A stretch of 64,000 nucleotides of DNA, from the IMG/VR virus record IMGVR_UViG_3300035665_000004, positions 1 through 64,000 of that record. One strand, 5' to 3'. A program made the position numbers and the translations under genes. Below, one piece after another: positions 1 through 8,707 of this stretch. Below the pieces are notes generated by a model that did no database searches, had not been told where the DNA came from, and saw only the letters and a list, made by a program, of their open reading frames with translations. This stretch comes from a virus. The first letter of the stretch is position 1. Each line of letters begins with the position of its first letter.

Positions 1-5
1 CAGTC

Positions 6-314
6 ATGTTAAGTGCAGAAGAAGCATCAAAATTATCGATTGAAGCAGTTAGATTAAAAAATGAAGAATTGGAGCGAAATATTACTTTCATCATGAATGA
101 TATAATTGAACCTCAAATAATTAAAGCCTCTTCAAATGGTAATTTCATAATAACCACTATTATTAAACCCGAAAATTTGCCATCAACAATGAGTGACGCA
201 GATATATATAACATTGTTAATTTGACAATGGTTAACCTTGGTGGTTTAGGATATGACGCAGAATTTACCAAATCTAATGGCGATTATAAATTAGTGGTTA
301 AATGGAAAAAATAA
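6..314 (+). CDS. hypothetical early protein (C-terminal LxxxGYxV...IxW family)
   Basis: 102 aa ORF; C-terminal motif shared with 4750, 11232 and 19786 ORFs. Confidence 0.75.
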   Translation: MLSAEEASKLSIEAVRLKNEELERNITFIMNDIIEPQIIKASSNGNFIITTIIKPENLPSTMSDADIYNIVNLTMVNLGGLGYDAEFTKSNGDYKLVVKWKK

Positions 315-404
315 TTTTCGGTCTAACTGAAATTTTACTTGACATCATGGGCGTTTTGTGTTACAATAACTCATCAATTGAAAACAATCGTGAGGAAATA
401 TTTT

Positions 405-824
405 ATGAACGGCGTGAAAGTAGTAATTAACGGTACATATGGTGGTTTCGGATTATCGGAAGAAGCAGTTAAAGAATACGCAAAATTGAAAGGGTTAACT
501 TTGACGATCACTAAAACCGAATATGGTAGCAATGTATATTGGACAAATAAATTCTGGGAAGGGAAATATAAAGGCCCATTATCACATAAAGAATTCATGG
601 CACTCGATGAAAAAAATCAAAAAGAATATTTACAATCAAGCATTTCCGCCATGTTAGTTGTAGATGAAATTCCAAGAAACGATGTGACCCTAATTCGTGT
701 AGTAGAAAAACTGGGAAACCGGGCTAATGGTCCATACGCAGAGTTGTACATAGAAGAAGTTTATGGGGAACATTATACTATTGACGAGTATGACGGTTGC
801 GAACAAATTCGGTATTTAGGATAA
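405..824 (+). CDS. conserved phage protein (KVVINxxYGGFGLS family)
   Basis: Start moved to ATG 405 (GAGGA RBS, downstream of the promoter at 339); N-terminal VVINGTYGGFGLSEEA and C-terminal YTIDEYDGCE resemble a common phage hypothetical family. Confidence 0.8.
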   Translation: MNGVKVVINGTYGGFGLSEEAVKEYAKLKGLTLTITKTEYGSNVYWTNKFWEGKYKGPLSHKEFMALDEKNQKEYLQSSISAMLVVDEIPRNDVTLIRVVEKLGNRANGPYAELYIEEVYGEHYTIDEYDGCEQIRYLG

Positions 825-847
825 CCAATTAATTAATGGGGGTTACA

Positions 848-997
848 ATGGGTTTAATTAGGCAAATGGAAATGGTAGTGGATAAACGTGAATCCAAAGC
901 AAGAAAACCTTGGATTATCCGAGCGTATCCCTACCATAGATTTTATGTTTTTATCAACACAAGCAATTTTGCCCGAAATTCCCTAAGAAAAAAATAA
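848..997 (+). CDS. small hypothetical protein (49 aa)
   Basis: ATG after GGGG RBS; below the ORF-track cutoff. Confidence 0.45.
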   Translation: MGLIRQMEMVVDKRESKARKPWIIRAYPYHRFYVFINTSNFARNSLRKK

Positions 998-1103
998 TAT
1001 GTAAACACTTGACATCTTATTCAAAATACGATATAATATATCAACAGTCAAGTATTGATTGTATAATTTCTTTGTAATTAATCTTTTAAAGTGAGTAACC
1101 CTT

Positions 1104-1340
1104 ATGTCAATTAAATCGACAAACAATCAAAAAGGATTTCAATGGTTAATGGATAACAGAGAAGTATTGGATGAGGCATTGCGTTATTGGGCAGCAAGAG
1201 AATATAATGGTTTTGAAATTGGTGAACAATTAATTGATGAGATGTATGAAATTCTTGGAATGGAAAATGAATTATCCACAATGAATTTCACCTCAATGGG
1301 GTTATTTGAAAACAAATATATCTTAGATTCAGAAGATTAA
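1104..1340 (+). CDS. hypothetical early protein
   Basis: ORF downstream of promoter 1009. Confidence 0.7.
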   Translation: MSIKSTNNQKGFQWLMDNREVLDEALRYWAAREYNGFEIGEQLIDEMYEILGMENELSTMNFTSMGLFENKYILDSED

Positions 1341-1355
1341 AATAAAAACCACTGT

Positions 1356-1384
1356 AGAGACACTCTATTTTTAGTTGTGTCTCT
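1356..1384 (+). terminator. hairpin, possible terminator
   Basis: agagacac ... gtgtctct 8-bp stem after the 1340 stop. Confidence 0.4.
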
Positions 1385-1393
1385 CTTGAAATA

Positions 1394-1675
1394 GTGATAC
1401 ACAACATGGATTTAAAAATGAGAATTTCAGCAATGGGTTTTAAATGGTGGGTGTTATTTATTACACCTAATAAGGAAATTGAACACTCAGTGGGTTTCGA
1501 AGGTTTGCCAAATGTAGCTTCATTAGTAGAAATTTTAAATGAGTTGAACACAGATGTTAATGTTGAGTTCAGTGTTCCAGTGGATGAGCTCCATGTAATG
1601 ATTATCCAAAATGAGGAATATTTAGAAATCTTTGGTGATTTAGATTTAGAGGAAATTACTAATGTACACCACTAG
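1394..1675 (+). CDS. hypothetical protein
   Basis: 93 aa ORF; start uncertain (ATG 1406 or 1418 possible). Confidence 0.65.
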   Translation: MIHNMDLKMRISAMGFKWWVLFITPNKEIEHSVGFEGLPNVASLVEILNELNTDVNVEFSVPVDELHVMIIQNEEYLEIFGDLDLEEITNVHH

Positions 1676-2153
1676 AACCAATGTTGCCCAAAACTATTAT
1701 AATCTTCGTAATCCAACAAAACAAACCAAAAGTAGTCCTGTTCCTATCATTTCCAATTTTGCGTTAATCCTACTGTATGTTTATCAGGATATGAAAAAAA
1801 ATAAATCATGTGAATACATTAAAAAAGAGTTAGTGGGTGATGCATTAGGACACATCGATCAGAAGTATGTTTTATGGAACTGGTCTTCTTCAGCATTTGG
1901 CAGAGAATTTGATGCGTTTTCCTTTAACAACTTAATCAAATATGATAAGATTAAAAAGAGATGGTATCCAACAAACCAATTGGTGGAATATATCGATTAT
2001 CATTTTGGTCCATATACTAAAATACCACTTACCTCTGCTCTCTATCCATTTAAGGAAGCTATCACTTATAATGAAAATGCAAACATACAGAAACAAAAAA
2101 ACATTGTCCTGTATCGAAAGAAGAAAGAAGTAATGAACAAATTTTTCTTCTAA
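1662..2153 (+). CDS. hypothetical protein
   Basis: 163 aa ORF with GAGGA RBS. Confidence 0.7.
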   Translation: MYTTRTNVAQNYYNLRNPTKQTKSSPVPIISNFALILLYVYQDMKKNKSCEYIKKELVGDALGHIDQKYVLWNWSSSAFGREFDAFSFNNLIKYDKIKKRWYPTNQLVEYIDYHFGPYTKIPLTSALYPFKEAITYNENANIQKQKNIVLYRKKKEVMNKFFF

Positions 2154-2229
2154 AAAAATAAAAATAAGTGTTGACAACCATGTTGAGCTATGATATAATA
2201 ACCTATCAATTTAATAAAGGGGTTCCAAA

Positions 2230-2466
2230 ATGAAAAGCAATTGGTTTGAAACATTGGTAGCAGCACTTGATTCAGAAGGTTTAAATGATAAATGGCCTTT
2301 GGGTTTAAACATTTCTTATGGTGAAACAGTTCGATTTGTCACGGATGATTTTTATTTGATTTCTGTTTATCGCAGTGACACTGGTCGCTATGAAAGACCA
2401 GTTTGGTATTCAACTATTACCGCCGCGGCAAGAAGAAAAATGGAAGACCAACTACAAGCAGTTTAA
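2230..2466 (+). CDS. hypothetical early protein
   Basis: ORF after promoter 2171. Confidence 0.75.
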   Translation: MKSNWFETLVAALDSEGLNDKWPLGLNISYGETVRFVTDDFYLISVYRSDTGRYERPVWYSTITAAARRKMEDQLQAV

Positions 2467-2516
2467 CCTTACATTCTCACCAATTATACTAAATCTAATA
2501 TCAAATGGAGAACAAA

Positions 2517-2693
2517 ATGGTCGTTCAATATGTCGCAATGATTGAATTTAGCACTAGACAACAAAACGTATTAGTCACTGTAAAACGATATGGTTTGGAC
2601 ATTGATCAAGTTAAAGAACATGTTGAAAATGGTTATCCAGGTGGAAAAGTTTTACAACTTATCCAATTGCAGGGTGAAATAGAACTGTTCTAA
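2517..2693 (+). CDS. hypothetical protein
   Basis: GGAG RBS before ATG 2517. Confidence 0.7.
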   Translation: MVVQYVAMIEFSTRQQNVLVTVKRYGLDIDQVKEHVENGYPGGKVLQLIQLQGEIELF

Positions 2694-2765
2694 CGGCCTA
2701 CTTTCACTTGACATCCTGCATTAGATTTGATACAATAAACCGCACTTATTGATAAAGGGTACAAA

Positions 2766-2927
2766 ATGAATTATTTCACCACTCGTTATGCAGCAATGAA
2801 AGCATTCCCTAACAGTATCATCAGAAAAATTTTGAACCACCACGTAAACGCGAATGTCGGTGATTATGTGGTTTTCAATGATTATTCAACCTATGAAGAT
2901 TGGAAACAATGTGGTCATGTGAGATAA
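2766..2927 (+). CDS. small hypothetical early protein (53 aa)
   Basis: ATG with AAGGG RBS after promoter 2708. Confidence 0.65.
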   Translation: MNYFTTRYAAMKAFPNSIIRKILNHHVNANVGDYVVFNDYSTYEDWKQCGHVR

Positions 2928-3345
2928 ATTAAACTCAATTACATCAACCACAACTAAAGGAAAGCAAAATGAATTTGTTAGATGCAATCGAAGCAATAGA
3001 AAAAGAAAAAAGAAATGCAGTATGTAATAGTACCAGGGTATGGCAGAGTGTTTGTAACTGTATTTGCTAAAAATCTCGACATTATGGGCGTTATTTGTTA
3101 TAATATAGTTGTAGTATAAATTTAATCAATCTCTATAGGTAATCAAATAAACGAATTAAAAACCAATGTTTTCCCATTAAGTTATTGCGCCTCAACAGTA
3201 GCAAACGCAGTTATCGACAGCACAATTATTGCTGTAATTTTGGTTGCTATTGACTTTATGAAAAAAATTGAATACTGATATTCAAATCAGTTTATCATAT
3301 TTACGGTTTCAATCATCAATTCAACTCAATAAGAGAGTCAATATC

Positions 3346-3585
3346 ATGACTATCACCAGAACCGAAGCGGAACAAATCTTAACACCATTATTTCAAGCAA
3401 TTAAAAGCAAAGCAGAAGTTGGTGTACCTGACGAAGACGAAGACGAGCGTCAATTGGCTGAGTTCAGAAGTTTATACGAGTTACAGTATATGCAAGCACA
3501 TATGGCTAGTTTACTAATGATGCTCGACAACTATCAACTCGAGTGCGAACAGCAAAGAATAACTCAAATCATTGCCGGAATTTAA
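3346..3585 (+). CDS. hypothetical protein
   Basis: ATG 3346 within the tracked ORF; helical acidic protein. Confidence 0.7.
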   Translation: MTITRTEAEQILTPLFQAIKSKAEVGVPDEDEDERQLAEFRSLYELQYMQAHMASLLMMLDNYQLECEQQRITQIIAGI

Positions 3586-3814
3586 TTAAGAATAATACAA
3601 CTCATTGGTGGACATGGATGTCCAAATCAGTTTATCTTGTTTGTTGGAATTTGTCAATAGGACATTAATAGTGTGAAAACCAAAGGAAATTGATGCTGGG
3701 TCACTATCCGAAATTTCTTAAACATCACCACAAAAACAGTTTAAAAAATCCTTGACATTTAGAACCCCACCTGTTATAATATCTCATCAATTAAATAATC
3801 AGTCGGAGATGAAA

Positions 3815-4060
3815 ATGAATAAAAAAATCCAAAACATTATGAAGGAATGCTACATTCCTGTAATTGATCGGGATGGTGATGGTGAGTACGATATGGAAAA
3901 ATTTGCTAAATTACTTATCCTTCACTGTGCTCAGGCGGCTGAAATGGCATCACAAACAGATATGGATTCTACAGAAATCTACATCATAGAACAAATGGGA
4001 TTGGGTACAGAAAATGGAGCTGTTAATTGGTATTATGATAACAAACATTTAGTCAAGTAA
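3815..4060 (+). CDS. hypothetical early protein
   Basis: GGAG RBS, promoter 3752. Confidence 0.75.
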   Translation: MNKKIQNIMKECYIPVIDRDGDGEYDMEKFAKLLILHCAQAAEMASQTDMDSTEIYIIEQMGLGTENGAVNWYYDNKHLVK

Positions 4061-4091
4061 TTCATAATTAATTGAAACTGGAAAAAACATT

Positions 4092-4394
4092 ATGCAAGCA
4101 TACTTAGAACAATTGGTTAAAGTAAATGTACTAAAATTCAACCAAGAAAATAACACATATGAAACCAGTAATGGGTTCAAAATCACTTTAGCTGATCATG
4201 GTTGTGAATGGAATATAGATTGTTTTTATATTAACAAGACATCAAATAAAGTAATGGCAGTTACCGATGAATGGGATTATGATGAATGTAATGACCTCGA
4301 AAAAGAATTTTCTAACCCCGATTATTTAACCATTGAAAAAGTTGTTGAAGTAACGCTCGAACAGTTGCTTGATGAAGCTACTAACGGACAATAA
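4092..4394 (+). CDS. hypothetical protein
   Basis: 100 aa ORF. Confidence 0.75.
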   Translation: MQAYLEQLVKVNVLKFNQENNTYETSNGFKITLADHGCEWNIDCFYINKTSNKVMAVTDEWDYDECNDLEKEFSNPDYLTIEKVVEVTLEQLLDEATNGQ

Positions 4395-4459
4395 AAAAGA
4401 TTGGTATTTGGAAGACGTGAAAACAGTAGTTGACCTAAACACCGAAGAGGACAAATAGT

Positions 4460-4693
4460 ATGCCACTTAACATTCACAAAGAACACTTTCAAGGTTTGGT
4501 TAACAAGAATAAAGATCTTAGACAAACATTACAGGCTGCAGCCAAAGCTAAGATAAATGGTGATTGGTGTATTATTGAAGCAGTACCATTTGATGAAGAA
4601 ATGGTCTATTGCTACAATGAAGAAACTCACGTTCAATACGCAATTCGATTTAGAGATATTGACTTTGGTAATCTCAAAACAATTTTGAAATAA
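4460..4693 (+). CDS. hypothetical protein, paralog of 9944..10186
   Basis: shares HF.xLV..xKDLRxxL and IIEAVPFDExMxYCYxE motifs with the 9944 ORF. Confidence 0.8.
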   Translation: MPLNIHKEHFQGLVNKNKDLRQTLQAAAKAKINGDWCIIEAVPFDEEMVYCYNEETHVQYAIRFRDIDFGNLKTILK

Positions 4694-4749
4694 GGATATG
4701 TACGACAGCAACAACTACTCAGGTACGTGAACTACTGCGTAAACATTAT

Positions 4750-5088
4750 GTGTTTCCGAAAACAGCTGAACTCTACACAAACAAACTCCAGAATTCAATT
4801 GGTTTAGTAACAGGTTTATTTGTGGCTACATTGTTTGACAATGTGGTTAACGATGTTCTAGAACAAGTTGAGAGAGAAATTATCAACTCTTGTGGTATTG
4901 GTGAATCCTCAACAGCGTTTCATATTACAGCAAGAATTGTTCCGTATGAGTATAAACAAGAGTTGATAAAATTAGTTGCTGATGCGGTATCCGGTGAATT
5001 GATTAAATTAGGCTACATTGTTTCGATAGAAAAAGAATACTCAGAATACACGATTTACACACTTGAAATTGATTGGCATGAAGAATGA
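4750..5088 (+). CDS. hypothetical protein (LxxxGYxV...IxW family)
   Basis: C-terminal ELIKLGYIVSIEKE...LEIDW; start uncertain. Confidence 0.75.
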   Translation: MFPKTAELYTNKLQNSIGLVTGLFVATLFDNVVNDVLEQVEREIINSCGIGESSTAFHITARIVPYEYKQELIKLVADAVSGELIKLGYIVSIEKEYSEYTIYTLEIDWHEE

Positions 5089-5120
5089 TTTAAAAACCAT
5101 TTACAACCACGGAGTGAGTT

Positions 5121-5438
5121 ATGACACACGAATTAGACGTTATTGCAAAAATTGATGGATCTACATTAGTGTTAAAAGGCCAACTGTTTGGCAAAGTTGA
5201 ATACGACTTAACTGAATGGGTAGATAGCGACGACATGTCAGAACTGACGTGTGATGTTGTAGTAGACGGCGATCCACGCTATCCAACATTAGTATTGTCA
5301 ACACGAGTTGGGTTTAGTTTAAGTCCACGTACAGGCAAGTTAGACCGTTGCTGTATCTGCTGTGCCTATAGTTCACGCGACTGTGTTTGCGGTGCATGGG
5401 ATAACGTAGATGATTACTACAATGACGACGAGTATTAA
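5121..5438 (+). CDS. Cys-rich hypothetical protein
   Basis: GGAG RBS; C-terminal RCCICCAYSSRDCVCGAW. Confidence 0.8.
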   Translation: MTHELDVIAKIDGSTLVLKGQLFGKVEYDLTEWVDSDDMSELTCDVVVDGDPRYPTLVLSTRVGFSLSPRTGKLDRCCICCAYSSRDCVCGAWDNVDDYYNDDEY

Positions 5439-5475
5439 ACGTCTTTACAATCCAATAACACACGCAGTGAGAAAA

Positions 5476-5694
5476 ATGGCTAAAATTAACTTAGATGTAA
5501 ACTTGTCAACAGAACAATTAATCGTTGCGTTAAAAGACGGAATCGAACAATTAGAATTATACGACCACTGTACGATAGAATTAGGTGGGGACGTAGTAAT
5601 TCAATTAGCATCACCCAGAGCAAAAAGGTTTAGTTTACACGCGGTAGATTGTGTTAAATATTCTTTGGCAACTGATGTAAATAGTCCTTCATAA
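5476..5694 (+). CDS. hypothetical protein
   Basis: ATG 5476 after GAG RBS. Confidence 0.7.
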   Translation: MAKINLDVNLSTEQLIVALKDGIEQLELYDHCTIELGGDVVIQLASPRAKRFSLHAVDCVKYSLATDVNSPS

Positions 5695-5821
5695 TCTAAT
5701 AACACACGGTGATGAAAATGCAAACTTTTTGAGTGTGTATTAAAAAATTGTTAAAAAAGTGCTTGACAAACTTGCCAAAGTAAAGTATAATAATTCATAC
5801 TTAATTAAACGGAGAAAAAAA

Positions 5822-6028
5822 ATGATAGACGCAACTGGTAAAGAATTACAAATTGGTGATAAGGTTGTAACTAATCAGAATGATATTCGATTAGTTGTTG
5901 GTATTGTTGAAAGTTTCACTGAAGGTTTTACTGCACAGAAAGTCAAAATTAGATTAACATCCATATCAGGTGAGTATAGCGATTATACCTGTTTAAAATT
6001 CCCTGATCAATGTGCAAAAGTAGATTAA
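5822..6028 (+). CDS. small KOW/SH3-like beta protein
   Basis: DATGKELQIGDKVV motif typical of small phage KOW/YorP-like proteins; cassette promoter 5763. Confidence 0.65.
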   Translation: MIDATGKELQIGDKVVTNQNDIRLVVGIVESFTEGFTAQKVKIRLTSISGEYSDYTCLKFPDQCAKVD

Positions 6029-6081
6029 AAAAGTGCTTGCTTTGTTCAAGCGGATAAGGTATAATGAATCATAATTAAATT

Positions 6082-6230
6082 AAACGCTTTCAGGACGGCT
6101 TTGCTGGTGACCGAATCCAGCTTAACGATAGTTTGGCGAGTAGGGTGGTTCCTATGGTCTGGACTAATCGGGATACCATACTGCTGACCACAGTTACTGG
6201 CGAAAACCCAGTGCCGTCCTGAAAGCGTTT
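6082..6230 (+). ncRNA. candidate structured non-coding RNA (four-way junction closed by an 18-bp stem)
   Basis: Perfect inverted repeat 6082-6099/6213-6230 enclosing hairpins 6103-6121 and 6196-6212 and a long irregular central stem; GC-rich relative to the genome; begins about 10 nt after the inferred TSS of promoter 6037/6060. Confidence 0.7.
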
Positions 6231-6249
6231 CTACAATAGCGGAGGGAAA

Positions 6250-6405
6250 ATGAATAATGAATTGCGACAAGATGTACTTAGATTAAAAGACGAGTTGTCT
6301 AAACGAGCATTTGATGAAAATCAAGAAGTCAAAAATAGCGATTTGGCTGAGGTGGTTTGGAAATTAAATAGTTGCCTTGGCCAAGGCTATCCTAGAAAAA
6401 AATAA
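6250..6405 (+). CDS. small hypothetical protein (51 aa)
   Basis: GGAGGG RBS right after the structured element. Confidence 0.7.
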   Translation: MNNELRQDVLRLKDELSKRAFDENQEVKNSDLAEVVWKLNSCLGQGYPRKK

Positions 6406-6418
6406 TAGCGGCCGGGAA

Positions 6419-6631
6419 ATGAATATAAAAAATAAATTTATCGAGAATACATTTTTGTTTATTGTGATACATTTGTATTGTTTAATTGCTATGCCTTGGC
6501 ATATCTATCAAATAAAACAGCGAGATAAACAAAACCAAAAATCACAAATTACAAAAGAAATGATGGATAAAAAAATTCAAGATTTAAATAAATTTTACGG
6601 TAAAAAGTGCTTGACAAACTCGACAAAGTAA
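6419..6631 (+). CDS. small membrane protein
   Basis: one hydrophobic segment FLFIVIHLYCLIAMPW. Confidence 0.6.
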   Translation: MNIKNKFIENTFLFIVIHLYCLIAMPWHIYQIKQRDKQNQKSQITKEMMDKKIQDLNKFYGKKCLTNSTK

Positions 6632-6665
6632 AGTATAATGAATCATAATTAAAGAGGAGAGGAAA

Positions 6666-6923
6666 ATGGCTAGAGAAACCACTCAACAATATATCGATAG
6701 ATATTGGAGAAAAGTGTTTAATAAATCTACAACTAAAGATAGATTAATTGAAATGGGATTAAAAATTGATCAACATGAGTTCAACCTACAAAGACTTAAC
6801 AGTCGTGTTAAGTCACTGGTAACTGTTTTAGATGATGTAGGTAAATTACTCGAAGAACAAATGTCTTTGTTAAATAAAGCCGAGACTCATATAGATAATG
6901 CAATAAAAATTTTACAGGAATGA
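6666..6923 (+). CDS. coiled-coil hypothetical early protein
   Basis: promoter 6611, GAGGA RBS. Confidence 0.8.
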   Translation: MARETTQQYIDRYWRKVFNKSTTKDRLIEMGLKIDQHEFNLQRLNSRVKSLVTVLDDVGKLLEEQMSLLNKAETHIDNAIKILQE

Positions 6924-7037
6924 TGGTTTTATCAGTGGTAATGTGGATGATGAATTTTGGTGCGGTCATGAATCTGGAGAGATTCAATTGGTGAGTGATG
7001 TGCTAAGTGAACGTGGTATTACCTGATGGGAGGAATA

Positions 7038-7268
7038 ATGTCCGAAACAGCGTTTCTAATATGTTGGATGATTGTAGGTTTAGTAATTGTAGACTTAATA
7101 TTTCAGTATCTAGATAATGTGAATGACCTAATTAAAAAACGATGGTTGAGAATCACTATAAAAAGTATTGGATTAGTAGCCTGGCCATTTTATCTTATGC
7201 TAATAGGTGTAGGTGTGGCAATTACGTTCATCTTAGAAAGTGATATTTTTAAAAGATTCTTTGAATAA
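7038..7268 (+). CDS. two-TM membrane protein
   Basis: GGAGG RBS; two hydrophobic helices. Confidence 0.75.
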   Translation: MSETAFLICWMIVGLVIVDLIFQYLDNVNDLIKKRWLRITIKSIGLVAWPFYLMLIGVGVAITFILESDIFKRFFE

Positions 7269-7342
7269 ACTTTTAAAAACTCTTGTCATTCAATGTTGGT
7301 TGTAATATAATAATTCTTATTTAATAACATCGGAGATAAAAA

Positions 7343-7477
7343 ATGAAAGATTTTCAAACAGAAATTCATTTGATGTTCACTGTTGGTGGATGCACAATGG
7401 CACAGATTGCCGCCTCACAAGGTTTAACCCTAGATGAAGTGGAAAACATTATTAAATTCATGTCATCATTGGGTTAA
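7343..7477 (+). CDS. small hypothetical protein, possible HTH (44 aa)
   Basis: promoter 7283, GGAG RBS; TMAQIAASQGLTLDEVENII is HTH-like. Confidence 0.65.
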   Translation: MKDFQTEIHLMFTVGGCTMAQIAASQGLTLDEVENIIKFMSSLG

Positions 7478-7479
7478 GT

Positions 7480-7623
7480 ATGAATTTCACCCAGGCAGAA
7501 ATAGATCTAATTAAATCGGCTATACAATATACTATGGAGCATGGGTATGTATGGCGAGATGAAGAAGAAGAACGAGAATACCAAAATTTTAAAAAACTGT
7601 TAGATAAATTGAACACCAATTAA
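7480..7623 (+). CDS. small hypothetical protein (47 aa), paralog of 9727..9879
   Basis: FTQAEIDLIKSAIQYTMEHGY vs FNAEELDLLFIALCHMLETGY. Confidence 0.6.
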   Translation: MNFTQAEIDLIKSAIQYTMEHGYVWRDEEEEREYQNFKKLLDKLNTN

Positions 7624-7642
7624 ATAGTGTGGGGAAATTAAA

Positions 7643-7849
7643 ATGGGCATTAAAGTTAAACAAGCACCTAACATTCCAGCTATCAAACATTGTTCAGAAT
7701 GTGGTTCAGAGGCTCATTTAGTAGACTGGTATTTTCGTGGTATGTGGGCGGTAATGTGTGATTACTGTCATAACAGTAATTCAGAATGTATTAGTAAGCA
7801 TCGGGCAGTGTCTCGATGGAATAGAAAACAAGAAATGGAAATGACTTAA
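7643..7849 (+). CDS. Lar-like (restriction alleviation) zinc-finger protein
   Basis: CxxCG...CxxC...AVSRWNRK pattern matches the Lar/ral family signature. Confidence 0.65.
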   Translation: MGIKVKQAPNIPAIKHCSECGSEAHLVDWYFRGMWAVMCDYCHNSNSECISKHRAVSRWNRKQEMEMT

Positions 7850-7918
7850 TATTCTTTAAATCCGGTTTAATGATTCGTACCTAATAAATAATATTGATTT
7901 TAAAATAGGTGAGGAAAT

Positions 7919-8170
7919 ATGAAAACATTTAAACAACTTAAAGAAGACTTCGAAATGATTGAACTGCAGGAATCTGGAGATATTACCGATGAGATTAAAG
8001 ATGGTAAAGATCGTCGGGCAGCAAAAGGATTGTTGAACATGCATAACGATGAACTTAAAAAAAGTAGAATGGCAAAGAGCCCTACTAAAAAATCTCACCA
8101 TGCAGATATGGCCGATCAGCATTTACAAGGGGTACATGATATTCTACGAAAGCACAACCTGATTGATTAA
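7919..8170 (+). CDS. hypothetical protein, probably late-expressed
   Basis: MKTFKQLKE N-terminus; preceded by AATAAATA (7883) rather than a sigma70 cassette; has its own terminator. Confidence 0.8.
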   Translation: MKTFKQLKEDFEMIELQESGDITDEIKDGKDRRAAKGLLNMHNDELKKSRMAKSPTKKSHHADMADQHLQGVHDILRKHNLID

Positions 8171-8173
8171 TTT

Positions 8174-8201
8174 AAAAGGGGTATTAAATATCCCTTTTTT
8201 T
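8174..8201 (+). terminator. rho-independent terminator
   Basis: aaaaggggtat-taa-atatccctttt followed by a T run. Confidence 0.75.
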
Positions 8202-8285
8202 ATGTCTTTTTTTTTAAAAAACTCTTGACATTAGTTGCCCGGTAAGGTATAATGATTCATACTTAATGAATTGGAGATAAAAAAA

Positions 8286-8372
8286 ATGAATGAAGCAGCA
8301 TTGGAAAGAATGTTTGAATATGTGGTAGCTGGTACGGCGGTATTCATTGTGGTAACAATACTCGGTATGTAA
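8286..8372 (+). CDS. 28-aa single-TM micropeptide, paralog of 13607..13693
   Basis: first ORF after promoter 8225 with GGAG RBS; MNEAALERMFEYVVAGTAVFIVVTILGM. Confidence 0.75.
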   Translation: MNEAALERMFEYVVAGTAVFIVVTILGM

Positions 8373-8427
8373 AAGTTTCAATCAAAAATAAATCGGCACA
8401 CTATCTTAATAAATTGGAGAAGCAAAA

Positions 8428-8685
8428 ATGATCAAATATAAAACTATAAAAAATTATGTAATCACAGAATTTGACAGAGAAGTTTCAAAACACCTAAATG
8501 ATGGATGGCAAATAACCGGTGGTATTTCGGTCACTGTAAATCTAAGTAATGAAGCTTTGTATTTCGTGGGCATGACTAAAACCGAAGTAGAAGAAAAAGA
8601 AACTAACCAAACTGTGTCACCTATTACCACACAACAACGTGATACGATGTTGGCTGGAATAACCACTAATCGTAGATACCTATAA
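8428..8685 (+). CDS. DUF1737-like small protein
   Basis: YKTI...FDREVSKHLNDGWQITGG pattern; GGAG RBS. Confidence 0.6.
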   Translation: MIKYKTIKNYVITEFDREVSKHLNDGWQITGGISVTVNLSNEALYFVGMTKTEVEEKETNQTVSPITTQQRDTMLAGITTNRRYL

Positions 8686-8707
8686 CAGTCCTCTATTGGT
8701 AAACAAA

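Noticed and set aside
6082-6230. Canonical tRNA, MITE or retron msr-msd
   Set aside because: No acceptor stem/CCA or canonical arm order; no target-site duplication at the inverted repeat; no reverse transcriptase in the window and no long perfect msd hairpin. Kept as an unclassified ncRNA.
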